Counted from the stretch's first letter, positions 1 through 9,495 are shown. The stretch: 64,000 nt of DNA from an uncultured Dehalococcoidia bacterium (GCA_964463525.1 CAYXDE010000009.1:10297-74296); one strand, 5' to 3'. Numbers and translations: made by a program. Notes: a model not told the origin generated them from the sequence alone.

Positions 1-12
1 CTCCAGAAGGGG

Positions 13-465
13 ATGGCACAAATGTGGAAGTTGAAATCACTGGCGATATCCGTGGTTGTGGTGGGGACACTGCTGTTTGGAGCAGTGGTGGCGTATGCCG
101 GCTGGGGCTGGAACGCCAAGGTTGATGTTGAAGGAACGAAGATCAGCACCGGTTGGTCTGTGGCCAAAGGTGGCAAATCTCAATATCAAGCAGCCATCAC
201 GATCTCGGTCCCGGCCAACGCCGATGTTAGTGTCTACGAAGTCGCTCGCAGTGAGACGGTATCTGTTGTCCATACCGACCAACTCTGTTCCAACGGCGCT
301 GTGGACGCGACCATAACGTATCTGGTCACCGGGCGTGGGCACGGGAAAGACGTCTCAGTTTCGGTCGACGAAGCCGGCCGCCGCGGCCAGAATTTCGGTT
401 CCGCAACTGGAACGCTTGGAACTCCCATATCTGTGAACGTTGCGATTCCCGGCGACTGTAACTAG
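13..465 (+). CDS. hypothetical secreted or membrane-anchored protein
   Basis: 150-aa ORF. The N-terminus KLKSLAISVVVVGTLLFGAVVAYA looks like a signal peptide or TM anchor. No family motif recognised. A 9-bp-stem hairpin lies at 496-523. Confidence 0.45.
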   Translation: MAQMWKLKSLAISVVVVGTLLFGAVVAYAGWGWNAKVDVEGTKISTGWSVAKGGKSQYQAAITISVPANADVSVYEVARSETVSVVHTDQLCSNGAVDATITYLVTGRGHGKDVSVSVDEAGRRGQNFGSATGTLGTPISVNVAIPGDCN

Positions 466-622
466 AACCCCTCTAGAGCCACGGCTTATAGCCAGACCCG
501 GCTTGGTGAGAGCTAAGCCGGGTCACCGGCCACCTTTAGTCGTGCCTCTTTCAAGGCACACGAGATGTGCCTTATATCGGCGATCGTCGAGACTCAAGCA
601 AGCCTGGAGACTGGACTAATCG

Positions 623-2080
623 ATGGACGCAGCCCTTCCCATAAGGATCAAGATTCTCATCGCTGCCATGGTGTTGGCAGGCCTTGTCACGCAGGCCTAC
701 CTGGGAGTGGGGGAAGAATGGAGCCTGGGCGTTCTTGCCGGCGCTGCCTTCTTCATGGTCTTGATCGTTGTCACCGGCAGTTTCCCGCTTCCTGTTGCCC
801 CTAGGGCCACAACCGATGTCAGCACCGCGGTCCTCTTCGGGGGCGCCCTGGTGTTGGAGCCAGGCATCGCGGTGTTCACCGCCGTAGCCGGTAAATTTGC
901 CTCCTATCTCTTCGTCAGGCATCTAGGCGATGTGTTGAAGCTGCCTGGGTACAGATATCCCTATTACAAGTACCCTTTCAACCTCAGCGAAGTCGCAATA
1001 ACTACCGGCGTCACCTCCTATCTATTCCACACCCTGGGAACCAGCGGGGACCTGCTGACTCCTGCGATCATCGCCGCGGCTGCCGTCATGTATATGACCA
1101 ACACAGCTTTGGTGACAACGGTGGTCAGCCTTGAGATGAAGATCAACCCGCTCAAGTTCTGGTGGATGGGCACCAAAGAGAACGGGGCTGCCGAGCTAAG
1201 TCTCCTGTCTTTCGGGTTCTTGGGAGCGACGGTGTATACAGAGAGCCCCTGGGCCAGCGCGGCGCTGATCATACCAGTTGCGATCATCTATCTGGCGTTC
1301 TCCCGCCTGGCCTCCGCCAACACCCAGCTTGAAGAAACGTTGGACAGGCTGGAATCGCTCCAAGGCCGGATCGTCAGTTCCGCCAAGCTTGCGTCTATAG
1401 GCGCGATCTCCTTGGACCTGGCCCATCAGATCAAGAACCCGCTGGCCGTGATTATCGGGCGCCTTGAGGGTCTGGAAGACCGCTTCGAAGACGGATCACG
1501 CGAGCTTCAGAGCGTTAAGATCGCCCAAGACGCCGGTTGGCGGATCCAAGAACTGACCCAATCGTTCAACAATATCGGCCGCCAGGAGTGGGTAACTCTA
1601 GACATGCGTGAGCTATTGACTGAGGGGCTCGGCATGGCCGGGCTTAGGTCGTCAAAGCGTTTCGAAACCCGATGGTCCTACCCTGACGATCTGCCGAACA
1701 TCCAAGGCAACCCGATCTTGATCAGGGAAGCTCTGTCTAACTTCTTCTCCAATGCGATGGACGCTCTGGATGCCGGCGGCGAGATCAGCATCCAAGCCGA
1801 ACACGATGATGAATTCGTCACGGTTAAGATCGGTGATACGGGGATGGGAATCTCGCCGGACGAGCTCAAACTCCTCTTCCAGCCCTTCCATACAACCAAG
1901 CCGAACGGTCAGGGTCTGGGATTATTCGCGGCGAAACACATCCTGGAGATGCACCGGGGCAGCGTGAGCTTGGAGAGCGTCAAGGGAGTTGGGTCCACGG
2001 TGATAATCAACATACCCCTGGTCAGCCCAGGGGAACCGGTTGATCCATTCGAAGAAGAGCTGTTGGCCAGCGGAACATAA
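623..2080 (+). CDS. sensor histidine kinase with polytopic membrane N-terminal domain (no adjacent response regulator)
   Basis: About 230 aa of multi-TM N-terminus. This is followed by an H-box (ISLDLAHQIKNPL) and HATPase_c N/G boxes (NFFSNAMDAL, GDTGMGI, GQGLGL). Confidence 0.85.
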   Translation: MDAALPIRIKILIAAMVLAGLVTQAYLGVGEEWSLGVLAGAAFFMVLIVVTGSFPLPVAPRATTDVSTAVLFGGALVLEPGIAVFTAVAGKFASYLFVRHLGDVLKLPGYRYPYYKYPFNLSEVAITTGVTSYLFHTLGTSGDLLTPAIIAAAAVMYMTNTALVTTVVSLEMKINPLKFWWMGTKENGAAELSLLSFGFLGATVYTESPWASAALIIPVAIIYLAFSRLASANTQLEETLDRLESLQGRIVSSAKLASIGAISLDLAHQIKNPLAVIIGRLEGLEDRFEDGSRELQSVKIAQDAGWRIQELTQSFNNIGRQEWVTLDMRELLTEGLGMAGLRSSKRFETRWSYPDDLPNIQGNPILIREALSNFFSNAMDALDAGGEISIQAEHDDEFVTVKIGDTGMGISPDELKLLFQPFHTTKPNGQGLGLFAAKHILEMHRGSVSLESVKGVGSTVIINIPLVSPGEPVDPFEEELLASGT

Positions 2081-2106
2081 ACACCGGTCTCTTTTGAACC
2101 CGGGGC

Positions 2107-2158
2107 GATGACAAAAAAGAGAGCGGTGGCTTAAGCCACCGCTCTCTTTTTTGTCATC
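2107..2158. terminator. bidirectional rho-independent terminator (perfect 52-nt palindrome)
   Basis: GATGACAAAAAAGAGAGCGGTGGCTT/AAGCCACCGCTCTCTTTTTTGTCATC. GC-rich stem flanked by an A-run and a T-run, between convergent genes. Confidence 0.75.
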
Positions 2159-2170
2159 GGTTACTGAAGG

Positions 2171-2509
2171 CTAGTTTATGTGCTGCTCACGGTTGAGCAG
2201 TTCTTTAGCCTCTTCGCCTACGTTGGCCTCCATGCAGTCGCGTAACGTCGAATAGACAGACTTGTTCAGAGCGCCCATCATCCACGCTTCATAGTCAGCG
2301 TCGGTCTGATAGGAATTCTTCAGGGCTACCAGGCGCTGCAGCAGGCTCAAGTAATGATACTGGAGTGGCGTCAGGTCCTTGTCGATACCTGCCAATCGCC
2401 ATTCGTTGTCAGCAACCGGTGTGTCCATTTCAGAGTCCAAGCTAGACATTACCTCGTCGGCCTTGTCGTTGCCTAGAACTTCCGGGTCTGCCTGATCTTG
2501 TTCGCTCAT
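2171..2509 (-). CDS. hypothetical acidic protein downstream of dnaK
   Basis: The ORF track starts at 2536. ATG at 2509 (MSEQDQ...) has GGAGG 5 nt upstream. Acidic N-terminus, no recognisable domain. Confidence 0.5.
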   Translation of the reverse strand: MSEQDQADPEVLGNDKADEVMSSLDSEMDTPVADNEWRLAGIDKDLTPLQYHYLSLLQRLVALKNSYQTDADYEAWMMGALNKSVYSTLRDCMEANVGEEAKELLNREQHIN

Positions 2510-2795
2510 GCTACCTCCATCGGCCTTTGCCTCCAATTCCTTAGAGACAGGTCAAATTGGGGTGTCTATTTAGTTCTCAAGGAGCCCGAGCCTTCAAAGT
2601 GATTATAGCAGACTGGGTTCCTTAAGGAACATAATATAGATGCCTAATTGTTAAGTGCGCGGGATTTTCAGCCGGTATTCAGCCAATATTCAAACCCATT
2701 TCTTACCTTGATTCTCAATCAGCCTCACGCCAGGGTCAAACCGCTGTCCAAGACGGTTGGCTCCACCCGGGGCTAACCCCAGGACAAACCGCAGG

Positions 2796-4721
2796 TTAAA
2801 CCTCCCGGAATTCGCCCTCGACCGTGCCTTCGTCGTCGGAAGGTCCTTCCGCAGCGCCGTCTGTTCCGGAAGCGCCGTCTCCGGGGCCGGCTCCGCCGTC
2901 TTCCGTCCCGGCACTCTGGCTATACACCACTTCGCCCAGGCGCTGCAAGGCGCTATTCAGCTCAGTAGTGGCCGTTTGCATCTCGGGCGTGCTGTTGCTG
3001 GCGATTGCCGCCTTCAGCGCGTCGATCTTGCCCTGGACCTCAGTCTTAAGGTCCTCGGGGACCTTGTCGGCGTTATCCACCAACAGCTTCTCGCTGCTGT
3101 AGACCAAGGAGTCAGCCTGGTTGCGGGTCTCAACCTCGGCCCGGCGCATCTGGTCGGCTTCCTCATTCTGGGCTGCCTCATCCACCATGCGCTCAATGTC
3201 ATCTTTGTCCAGACCGGAGCCCGACTGGATGACGATCTTCTGCTCTTTGCCGGTCCCCTTGTCCTGGGCGGACACGCTCAGGATACCGTTGGCGTCGATG
3301 TCGAAGGTAACCTCGATCTGAGGGATGCCACGGGGGGCGGGCAGCAGACCGTCCAGCATGAACCGTCCGATGGACTTGTTATCCGATGCCATGGAGCGTT
3401 CGCCCTGCAGGACATGGATGTCCACCGTGGTCTGGTTCTCAGCAGCGGTGGTAAACGTTTCGTTCTTCTTGGTGGGTATGGTGGTGTTCCGGGCGATCAG
3501 CGTGGTCATCACGCTGCCCAATGTCTCCAGACCCAGGGTCAAAGGTGTCACATCCAGGAGCACGATGTCGTCGACTTCGCCGGCTAGAACGCCTGCCTGG
3601 ATGGCGGCGCCCATCGCCACGGCTTCGTCGGGGTTTACGTTCCGGTTGGGCTCCTTACCGAAGACCTGCTTAACCTTTTCCTGCACGGCGGGCATCCGGC
3701 TCATGCCGCCCACCATGATGACTTCGTCGATCTCGCCGGCGCTCAGACCGGAGTCGGTCAACGCCTGACGGCAGGGACCCTCGGTCCTAGCTACAAGGTC
3801 CGCCACCAACTGCTCAAGCCTGGCCCGGCTCAGAGTCTTAACCATGTGCTGGGGGCCGCTGGCGTCGGCGGTGATGAAGGGCAGATTAATCTCGGTCTCA
3901 AGAACGCTGGACAACTCAACCTTGGCGCGTTCCGCAGCGTCGCGGAGACGCTGAAGGGCCATGCGGTCGGCGGCCAGGTCGATACCGGTCTCCTGTCTGA
4001 ATTCGTCGATCATCCATTCCAGGATCAGTTGGTCGAAGTCGTCGCCTCCCAGGAAGGTGTCGCCGTTGGTCGACTTGACCTCGAATACGCCGTCGCCCAT
4101 CTGGAGGATGGTGATATCGAAGGTGCCGCCGCCCAGGTCGAAGACCGCCACGGTGGCATCGTTCTTGGTCTTATCCAAACCATAGGCCAGGGAAGAGGCT
4201 GTAGGCTCGTTGATGATGCGCAGCACTTCCAGACCAGCGATGGTGCCGGCGTCTTTGGTGGCCTGGCGCTGGGCGTCGTTGAAGTAAGCCGGGACTGTGA
4301 TGACAGCCTGGGATATCTTCTCGCCCAATTTGGCTTCCGCGTCCTGCTTGATCTTCTGCAGCACGAATGACGATATCTGGGGAGGAGCATGGGATTCTTC
4401 ACCCAACTGCACCATGGCTTCGCCGGTGGGGCCGGCCACGATCTTGTAGGGCAGCTTGGCCATGGCGTTCTGGATCTCGGGATCCTTGAAACTCCGGCCC
4501 ATGAGCCGCTTCACCGAGAAAAGGGTGTTCTCCGGGTTGGTCACGGCCTGACGCTTGGCGACTTGGCCCACGTAACGCTCCCCGGTTTTGGTGTTCAGTG
4601 CTACGACGGACGGGGTTATCCGGCCGCCTTCTGCGTTCTCCACGACCACGGGTTCACCGGCTTCGATGATCGCCGCTACCGAGTTTGTGGTTCCGAGGTC
4701 GATTCCCAGAACTTTAGCCAT
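2796..4721 (-). CDS. dnaK: molecular chaperone DnaK (Hsp70)
   Basis: 641 aa with canonical Hsp70 signatures: [23 protein letters not shown]-like MVGGMSRMP. Acidic C-terminal tail. Confidence 0.98.
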   Translation of the reverse strand: MAKVLGIDLGTTNSVAAIIEAGEPVVVENAEGGRITPSVVALNTKTGERYVGQVAKRQAVTNPENTLFSVKRLMGRSFKDPEIQNAMAKLPYKIVAGPTGEAMVQLGEESHAPPQISSFVLQKIKQDAEAKLGEKISQAVITVPAYFNDAQRQATKDAGTIAGLEVLRIINEPTASSLAYGLDKTKNDATVAVFDLGGGTFDITILQMGDGVFEVKSTNGDTFLGGDDFDQLILEWMIDEFRQETGIDLAADRMALQRLRDAAERAKVELSSVLETEINLPFITADASGPQHMVKTLSRARLEQLVADLVARTEGPCRQALTDSGLSAGEIDEVIMVGGMSRMPAVQEKVKQVFGKEPNRNVNPDEAVAMGAAIQAGVLAGEVDDIVLLDVTPLTLGLETLGSVMTTLIARNTTIPTKKNETFTTAAENQTTVDIHVLQGERSMASDNKSIGRFMLDGLLPAPRGIPQIEVTFDIDANGILSVSAQDKGTGKEQKIVIQSGSGLDKDDIERMVDEAAQNEEADQMRRAEVETRNQADSLVYSSEKLLVDNADKVPEDLKTEVQGKIDALKAAIASNSTPEMQTATTELNSALQRLGEVVYSQSAGTEDGGAGPGDGASGTDGAAEGPSDDEGTVEGEFREV

Positions 4722-4788
4722 TTGGTTTCTCCTAACTGTTCACCCACTGGTGACTGTATTGATGCTGTCGGACTTTTGCCGATGCTGC

Positions 4789-5457
4789 TTAGGTATCTTT
4801 GGGGGCCATTGCCACCATGACCTGGGCCGGGCGGATGATCCGGTCATGCAGCCGGAAGCCCGGTCTCAGTATCTGAGTAACGTACCCCGCTTCGATTTCG
4901 GTTGTTTCTTCCGTGCCTACGGCCTCGTGCTCCAGCGGGTTGAACATCAGCCCCACCGCCTCGATAGCCGCGACGCCTTCGGATTCTAGCACGCCGGTCA
5001 GTTTCCGCTGTATCAGCTTGATCCCTTCCAGCAACTGGCCATTGGCGCTATCTCCGTCCCCTGCGCTGGCTTCTGTATGGGTGATGGCCAGTTCCAACTC
5101 CTCCAGCACCGGCAGGATGTTGCCGATCAATCTGCTGTTGGAGTACTTGGCGTTGTTGATCCGGTCCTCGTCGGTCCGGCGCCTGAAGTTTGCCATCTCA
5201 GCCTGGGCCCTCAGAGAGGCATCCAGGCTGTCCGCGGCTTCCTTGTGCGCCAACTCCAGGTTGGCCTTCAAGGCCGCAACCTGCTCCTCCAGAGGAAGGC
5301 TGTCCAAGTCTACTCCGGCTTGGGCCAGGAGTTCTTCCAGCTCCTGCTCCAGACCGGTCGGTTCGCCTGAACTCTCAGGTGAATTCTCAGGTGAATTCTT
5401 GGGGGAATCTTCAGGCTCTTCAGGCTGGCCGTCTGTTTCGTTCGGTTCCGTTGCCAT
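4789..5457 (-). CDS. grpE: nucleotide exchange factor GrpE
   Basis: 222 aa. The coiled-coil region plus ANFRRR(T) motif and C-terminal beta domain (FNPLEHEAV) are typical of GrpE. Lies immediately upstream of dnaK. Confidence 0.95.
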   Translation of the reverse strand: MATEPNETDGQPEEPEDSPKNSPENSPESSGEPTGLEQELEELLAQAGVDLDSLPLEEQVAALKANLELAHKEAADSLDASLRAQAEMANFRRRTDEDRINNAKYSNSRLIGNILPVLEELELAITHTEASAGDGDSANGQLLEGIKLIQRKLTGVLESEGVAAIEAVGLMFNPLEHEAVGTEETTEIEAGYVTQILRPGFRLHDRIIRPAQVMVAMAPKDT

Positions 5458-5505
5458 TAAGGGGTTCCTCTAGTTGAGATAGGAATTTGATGCCGAAAGC
5501 TTGAT

Positions 5506-5979
5506 CTAGCGGTCAACCGGCAGATTAAGGCTTTCAAATAATAGGTCCATCTCTTCTTGTACCACTTGTTGGGCCGCCGGGATACCCTCGAGCCTGCTGC
5601 CGATCCTCTGTTTGATGGCAGACATGTTGTCAAAGGCGGCCAGAGCGAATTGGACTCCGGCCAGATTAAGACCCAATTCATCGGACAGATATCTGATCAG
5701 CCGGACCTTTTTGATGTCCTCGATCGAATATAGCCGGAGCATGCCGATGGTCCGCCCCGGGTTGATCAAACCCAGCCTCTCGTACTTGCGCAGAGTCTGG
5801 GGATGCATGTCCAAGATGCGCGCTGCCACGCTGATGATGTAGACGCCCTCGACTTCGATGGTTTGCGGGTCGGGCGCCTGCCCTTCATCCACGGGAGACA
5901 GGCCGGTATCTTCGGGCCGCGAGGGCGCAGCCTGTTCTTGCGACCTGTTCTCTACTTTGAATCTTGGCTGTTGGTTCAT
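5506..5979 (-). CDS. hspR: MerR-family heat-shock transcriptional repressor (HspR-like)
   Basis: MerR HTH ([31 protein letters not shown]). First gene of the grpE-dnaK operon. ATG at 5979 has GGAG 6 nt upstream, whereas the ORF track starts at TTG 6003. Confidence 0.8.
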   Translation of the reverse strand: MNQQPRFKVENRSQEQAAPSRPEDTGLSPVDEGQAPDPQTIEVEGVYIISVAARILDMHPQTLRKYERLGLINPGRTIGMLRLYSIEDIKKVRLIRYLSDELGLNLAGVQFALAAFDNMSAIKQRIGSRLEGIPAAQQVVQEEMDLLFESLNLPVDR

Positions 5980-6026
5980 CAGTGACTCCGCTCGTTCGGC
6001 CAAGTTGTTGACCGGCGACTAGCCAT

Positions 6027-6055
6027 ATGATAAAGTCTGATACGATTCGTGTCAA
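6027..6055 (-). promoter_or_regulatory. candidate sigma70-type promoter of hspR-grpE-dnaK
   Basis: The minus strand reads TTGACA-17 nt-TATCAT (plus-strand TGTCAA 6050-6055, ATGATA 6027-6032), about 48 nt upstream of the hspR ATG. Confidence 0.45.
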
Positions 6056-6173
6056 GGCAGTTGCGATGACTGACATTAGACGACTTTAGATAACGCGGTT
6101 AATGCCTGGCGAGGAGTCATCACCGTCAGCGCCCGATCAAATGAGCAAGAGGAGACCTAAAAGGAGGTTAATC

Positions 6174-6380
6174 ATGATGTACTTCAAAGAATGCCCAAAG
6201 TGCCAAGGTGACCTATATACCGGAGAAGATATCCACGGGGGTTACGTTAGCTGTATCCAGTGCGGATACATGCGCGATATCCCAGATGAGAACGCCCACC
6301 CGCTGGCCGGAAAGACGTTCGTGATCGACGCTCCAAAGGCCGCCAAACGGCGTCGAAAGAAAGCTGGACAGGCGGCGTAA
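6174..6380 (+). CDS. small zinc-ribbon protein with basic C-terminal tail
   Basis: CPKC-(17 aa)-CIQC four-Cys ribbon. AAGGAGG lies 6 nt upstream of ATG 6174, and the ORF track's 6102 start lacks an RBS. KAAKRRRKK tail. Confidence 0.5.
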   Translation: MMYFKECPKCQGDLYTGEDIHGGYVSCIQCGYMRDIPDENAHPLAGKTFVIDAPKAAKRRRKKAGQAA

Positions 6381-6402
6381 CTTCAAGCTGGGGCCTGAAT
6401 GC

Positions 6403-6432
6403 AATAAGGGCGGCCGCATGGCCGCCCTTATT
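6403..6432. terminator. GC-rich hairpin between convergent genes (probable terminator)
   Basis: AATAAGGGCGGCC-GCAT-GGCCGCCCTTATT, a 13-bp perfect stem followed by CTTT. Confidence 0.5.
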
Positions 6433-6455
6433 CTTTGGCGAGTTTGAATCAATCG

Positions 6456-7067
6456 CTACTTGGTCAGTTCCGGCCAGAAGCGCTCTTCCTTCCATGGGTC
6501 GCCTTCATTGTGATAGCCACGCTGCTCCCAGAATCCTGGTGAGTCTTCAGCCATCAGCTCTATGCCGTTGACCCATTTGGCGCTCTTCCAGGCGTAGATG
6601 CTGGGGACGATCAAGCGCAGGGGCCAGCCGTGGCTCATGCCCATGGGCTCGCCGTCTTGCTTGTGGGCCAGTATCCCCTCTTCCATGGCCAGGTCCAGGG
6701 GCAAGTTGGTGGTGTAGCCGCCGAAGCAGTGGGCCATGACGAACTTGGCTTCCGGTTTGGGGCCGGCGGCCGCTACCAGGTCGGTGAAGTTAACGCCTTC
6801 CCAGGTGTTGTCCAGCTGGCTCCACTGAGTTACGCAGTGAAAGTCGGCCACTGTGGTTGTCCACTGAAGATTGGAGAATTGCTCCCAATTCAGGGTGATA
6901 TCCTGCTCCACCAGGCCAAAGACTCGAATCTCCCAGGTGTCGAGGTCGATCTTCGGTTCGGGGCCGTAGGTCAGGACAGGGAATTTGGTGGTGAGGAACT
7001 GTCCCGGGGGAACGCGGTCGCCCATGCCCTGGTCGGGCGCCGTCTTTACTTGGTCAGGTCGCTTCAT
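6456..7067 (-). CDS. sulfite-oxidase-family molybdopterin-binding oxidoreductase (small cytoplasmic type)
   Basis: 203 aa. The FHCVTQWS motif (Mo-ligand Cys) and HGWPLRLIVP are typical of the oxidoreductase molybdopterin-binding domain. No signal peptide. Confidence 0.8.
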   Translation of the reverse strand: MKRPDQVKTAPDQGMGDRVPPGQFLTTKFPVLTYGPEPKIDLDTWEIRVFGLVEQDITLNWEQFSNLQWTTTVADFHCVTQWSQLDNTWEGVNFTDLVAAAGPKPEAKFVMAHCFGGYTTNLPLDLAMEEGILAHKQDGEPMGMSHGWPLRLIVPSIYAWKSAKWVNGIELMAEDSPGFWEQRGYHNEGDPWKEERFWPELTK

Positions 7068-7162
7068 GAGATGGACTCTCCGGGGCCGGTCTGGCCCTGG
7101 TGTTCAGTTTAGCACCAGCTTCACTCGTGTTAAAGACGAGTCAAGTCTGAGCAGATACCCGG

Positions 7163-8209
7163 TTAAGCAACCACCTTGATGCGGCCGGTGTTCCCGGCAG
7201 TGATCTCGCCGACGATGGCCCTGGTCTCCACGCCCGAGATCTCTAATTCGCTCAGTAGTTGGTCCAGTTTGTCTTCGGGCACTGCGATTAAAAGCCCGCC
7301 GGACGTCTGGGCGTCGCACATCAGCAATTGCTGCTTTTCGGTCAGGTTTTCCGCCCAGTCCACCGTATCTTCCACTCCGGACATATTCCGGAAGGTGCCG
7401 CCGGGAATGGTGCCCCTTTCCAACAGGTCCCAAGTCCCAGGCAAGACGGGAACATCGGAAACCCGGACTTGCGCCCCGACGTTGCTGCCTCGGACGATGC
7501 CTCTCAAGTGGCCCATAAGGCCAAAACCGGTGATGTCGGTGCAGGAGTTCACCCCCACCCGCATCATGGCCTCTGATGCCCCTTTGTTCAGTTCAGCCAT
7601 CGTGGCGACGGCCTGCTGCATGATGGCATCGGGAGTGGTCCCTGCTTTAGCGCCCGTGGCGATGATCCCGGTGCCGATGGGCTTGGTTAAGACCAGCACG
7701 TCGCCGGGCTTGGCGTTGGCGTTGGAAACTTCTTTGCCGGGTTCGACCAGTCCGACCACCGAGAGTCCGTATTTGGGTTCTGCGTCATCGACGGTGTGGC
7801 CGCCAACGATCAAGCAGCCGGCCTCCGTGGCTTTGTCGTAGCCGCCTTTTAGAACGTCGCCCAGCATCTCCACAGCCAGATGGGCTGGGAAACCCACTAT
7901 ATTCATGGCCACCAGGGGCTTGCCCCCCATGGCGTAGACATCGCTCAAGGAGTTGGCCGCGGCTACCGAACCGAACTCGTAGGGGTCGTCGGTGATGGGC
8001 GTGAAAAAGTCCACCGTCACAATGATGGCGGTGTTGTTATCCAGCCGGTACACGGCTGCGTCGTCCCCCGTGTCATTGCCCACCAGAAGGTCTGGGTGAC
8101 TGACCATGGGGATGTGCTTCAGGACCTGGACCAGGTCCTCTTGGCTAAGCTTAGCGGCTCAACCGGCACAATGGGACAGTTCGGTCAGGCGGACTTTGCT
8201 GCTTGCCAT
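7163..8209 (-). CDS. selD: selenide, water dikinase SelD, selenocysteine-containing (in-frame TGA at 8159-8161)
   Basis: The track ORF (7163..8107) lacks the catalytic N-terminus. The same frame upstream reads M-ASSKVRLTELSHCAG-[TGA]-AAKLSQEDLVQVLKHIP-MVSHPDLLVGNDTGDDAAVY, with TGA at the conserved Cys/Sec position. AAGGAGG (8219-8225) lies 9 nt upstream of ATG 8207-8209. Confidence 0.85.
8121..8139 (-). promoter_or_regulatory. SECIS-like hairpin downstream of the selD UGA
   Basis: The minus-strand RNA AGGACCU-GGUCC-AGGUCCU has a 7-bp stem. Its apical loop contains GGUC and starts 26 nt after the UGA. Confidence 0.45.
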
Positions 8210-8316
8210 CCGGCGATTCCTCCTTGCAGGTCTCGGGAATATCTAGGCGTTGTAGGACCTTTTCGGTGACGGTCCATATGAGTCAGCATACATGAATAGC
8301 AGTTTATGTGTTGCTC

Positions 8317-9495
8317 TTACTTGGCCTGTGCTTTGAATTTGGGCATCACGTCTTTTCCGAATGCGTCAAGCTGCTCCAAGATGACTGACTGCTCGGTGCT
8401 CATGACCGAGGCGCCCACGTTCACCTCTTCCAGGCCGGGATATTGTTCTTGCAGCTCCATCAATCTCTCGGTAACCCGCTCGGGCGGACCGACGATCCAC
8501 GCTCCGGCCTTCACGGCGTCCTCCATGGTCGGGAGTCCAGCCGACCGGGCGGCGGAGCCCCCGCTCAGCGCCGACAGCTGGTCTTCGGACAGGCCGCGGA
8601 CGAAGCCCAGAGGGCCAAACATCTTCATATTCTCTTCGAAGTATCTCTTGGCCTGGGCGATGGCCTTCTCCTCGGTGTCGTCGATGAAGGTTGAGATACC
8701 CACGATGAGGTCTCCGCCCAACTCGGTCTCCTTGCCGTGTTTAGCCAGGGTCTCCTGCCATTGCTTCACGACTACGTCCGATGCGCCACCCGTGGCCGCG
8801 CCGCCACCAACTATCCCTTTGATACCGTGTTTGGCCATGAAATCCATGGCCCGTTGGCTGGCGCTCACCAGAGGTTGGTAGGTTTCCACCGGCAGGGTTC
8901 GGGGGCGCGGTACCAGCGTGATCTCTTTGAGGGTGTACCCGCGGTATGGGACCTCGGGCGGTATGGTGTAATGCTTGCCCTTGTGGGAGAAAGACTCCTC
9001 GTTGAAGGCCTTCATCATGATCTCGACCTGCTCTTCGAAGATCTCACGGTTGGCGTCGCTGTCGGTGATGGTGCTGGGCACCCCGAAGGTGTCCACCTCA
9101 CGGGAGTGGTAGCCGCGTCCGACGCCGAAGATTACCCGGCCTCCGGTGAGGATGTCAGCCGTGGCGTAGTCCTCAGCCAACCGCAGCGGATGCCACATGG
9201 GGTTGACGTTGAACCCGCAGCCGAACTTCAGGTTCTTGGTCAGGTGGGCCATGTGCACGTACATCAGCAGCAGGTTGGGCAGGCACTCGTAACCCTCGCG
9301 CTGGAAGTGGTGCTCTGCGGCCCAGAATGTATCGAAGCCAAGTTGGTCCATCTTGACGGCGATGGCGTCGGCCTTGCCAAAGACCGAGGCCAAACCCTCA
9401 TCGGAGATCCACCGGTCGTTGACCGGCGTGGCATCGAACCCGATATCTTCTAGGTCTACGTGTCCCGCGTAGAGTGACCCGAACCTGGTAATCAT
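8317..9495 (-). CDS. LLM-class (luciferase-like) flavin-dependent oxidoreductase
   Basis: 392 aa. The FDTFWAAEHHF and GRVIFGVGRGY motifs are typical of the bacterial luciferase-like monooxygenase family. Confidence 0.85.
   Translation of the reverse strand: MITRFGSLYAGHVDLEDIGFDATPVNDRWISDEGLASVFGKADAIAVKMDQLGFDTFWAAEHHFQREGYECLPNLLLMYVHMAHLTKNLKFGCGFNVNPMWHPLRLAEDYATADILTGGRVIFGVGRGYHSREVDTFGVPSTITDSDANREIFEEQVEIMMKAFNEESFSHKGKHYTIPPEVPYRGYTLKEITLVPRPRTLPVETYQPLVSASQRAMDFMAKHGIKGIVGGGAATGGASDVVVKQWQETLAKHGKETELGGDLIVGISTFIDDTEEKAIAQAKRYFEENMKMFGPLGFVRGLSEDQLSALSGGSAARSAGLPTMEDAVKAGAWIVGPPERVTERLMELQEQYPGLEEVNVGASVMSTEQSVILEQLDAFGKDVMPKFKAQAK

Noticed and set aside
2617-2630. Perfect palindromes share GTTCC/GGAAC half-sites: GTTCCTTAAGGAAC (2617-2630), CATGTTCCGGAACATG (24550-24565) and GAGTTCCT-N24-AGGAACTC (24437-24476).
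   Set aside because: By a rough estimate, a perfect 14-bp palindrome is expected about 64000/4^7, or 4 times, by chance in this window, and a 16-bp one about once. The shared 5-mer is too short to argue for a common regulator. This is noted only as a possibility.
5367-5390. A 12-nt tandem duplication, CTCAGGTGAATT x2, lies inside grpE and encodes the repeated NSPE unit (…NSPENSPE…).
   Set aside because: This is a small in-frame duplication in the disordered acidic N-terminus of GrpE, most likely replication slippage without functional significance.
5980-6100. I searched the hspR upstream region for a canonical HAIR operator (CTTGAGT-N7-ACTCAAG).
   Set aside because: Only CTTGACA, which is the -35 box itself, partially resembles a half-site, and there is no matching inverted partner. 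I report a promoter candidate but no operator.
7107-7133. A CIRCE-like sequence, TTAGCACCA-N9-GTGTTAAAG, lies between selD and the Mo-oxidoreductase gene.
   Set aside because: Only the left half resembles CIRCE (TTAGCACTC-N9-GAGTGCTAA). The right half matches about 4 of 9 positions, it is not a true inverted repeat, and it is not next to a chaperone gene.
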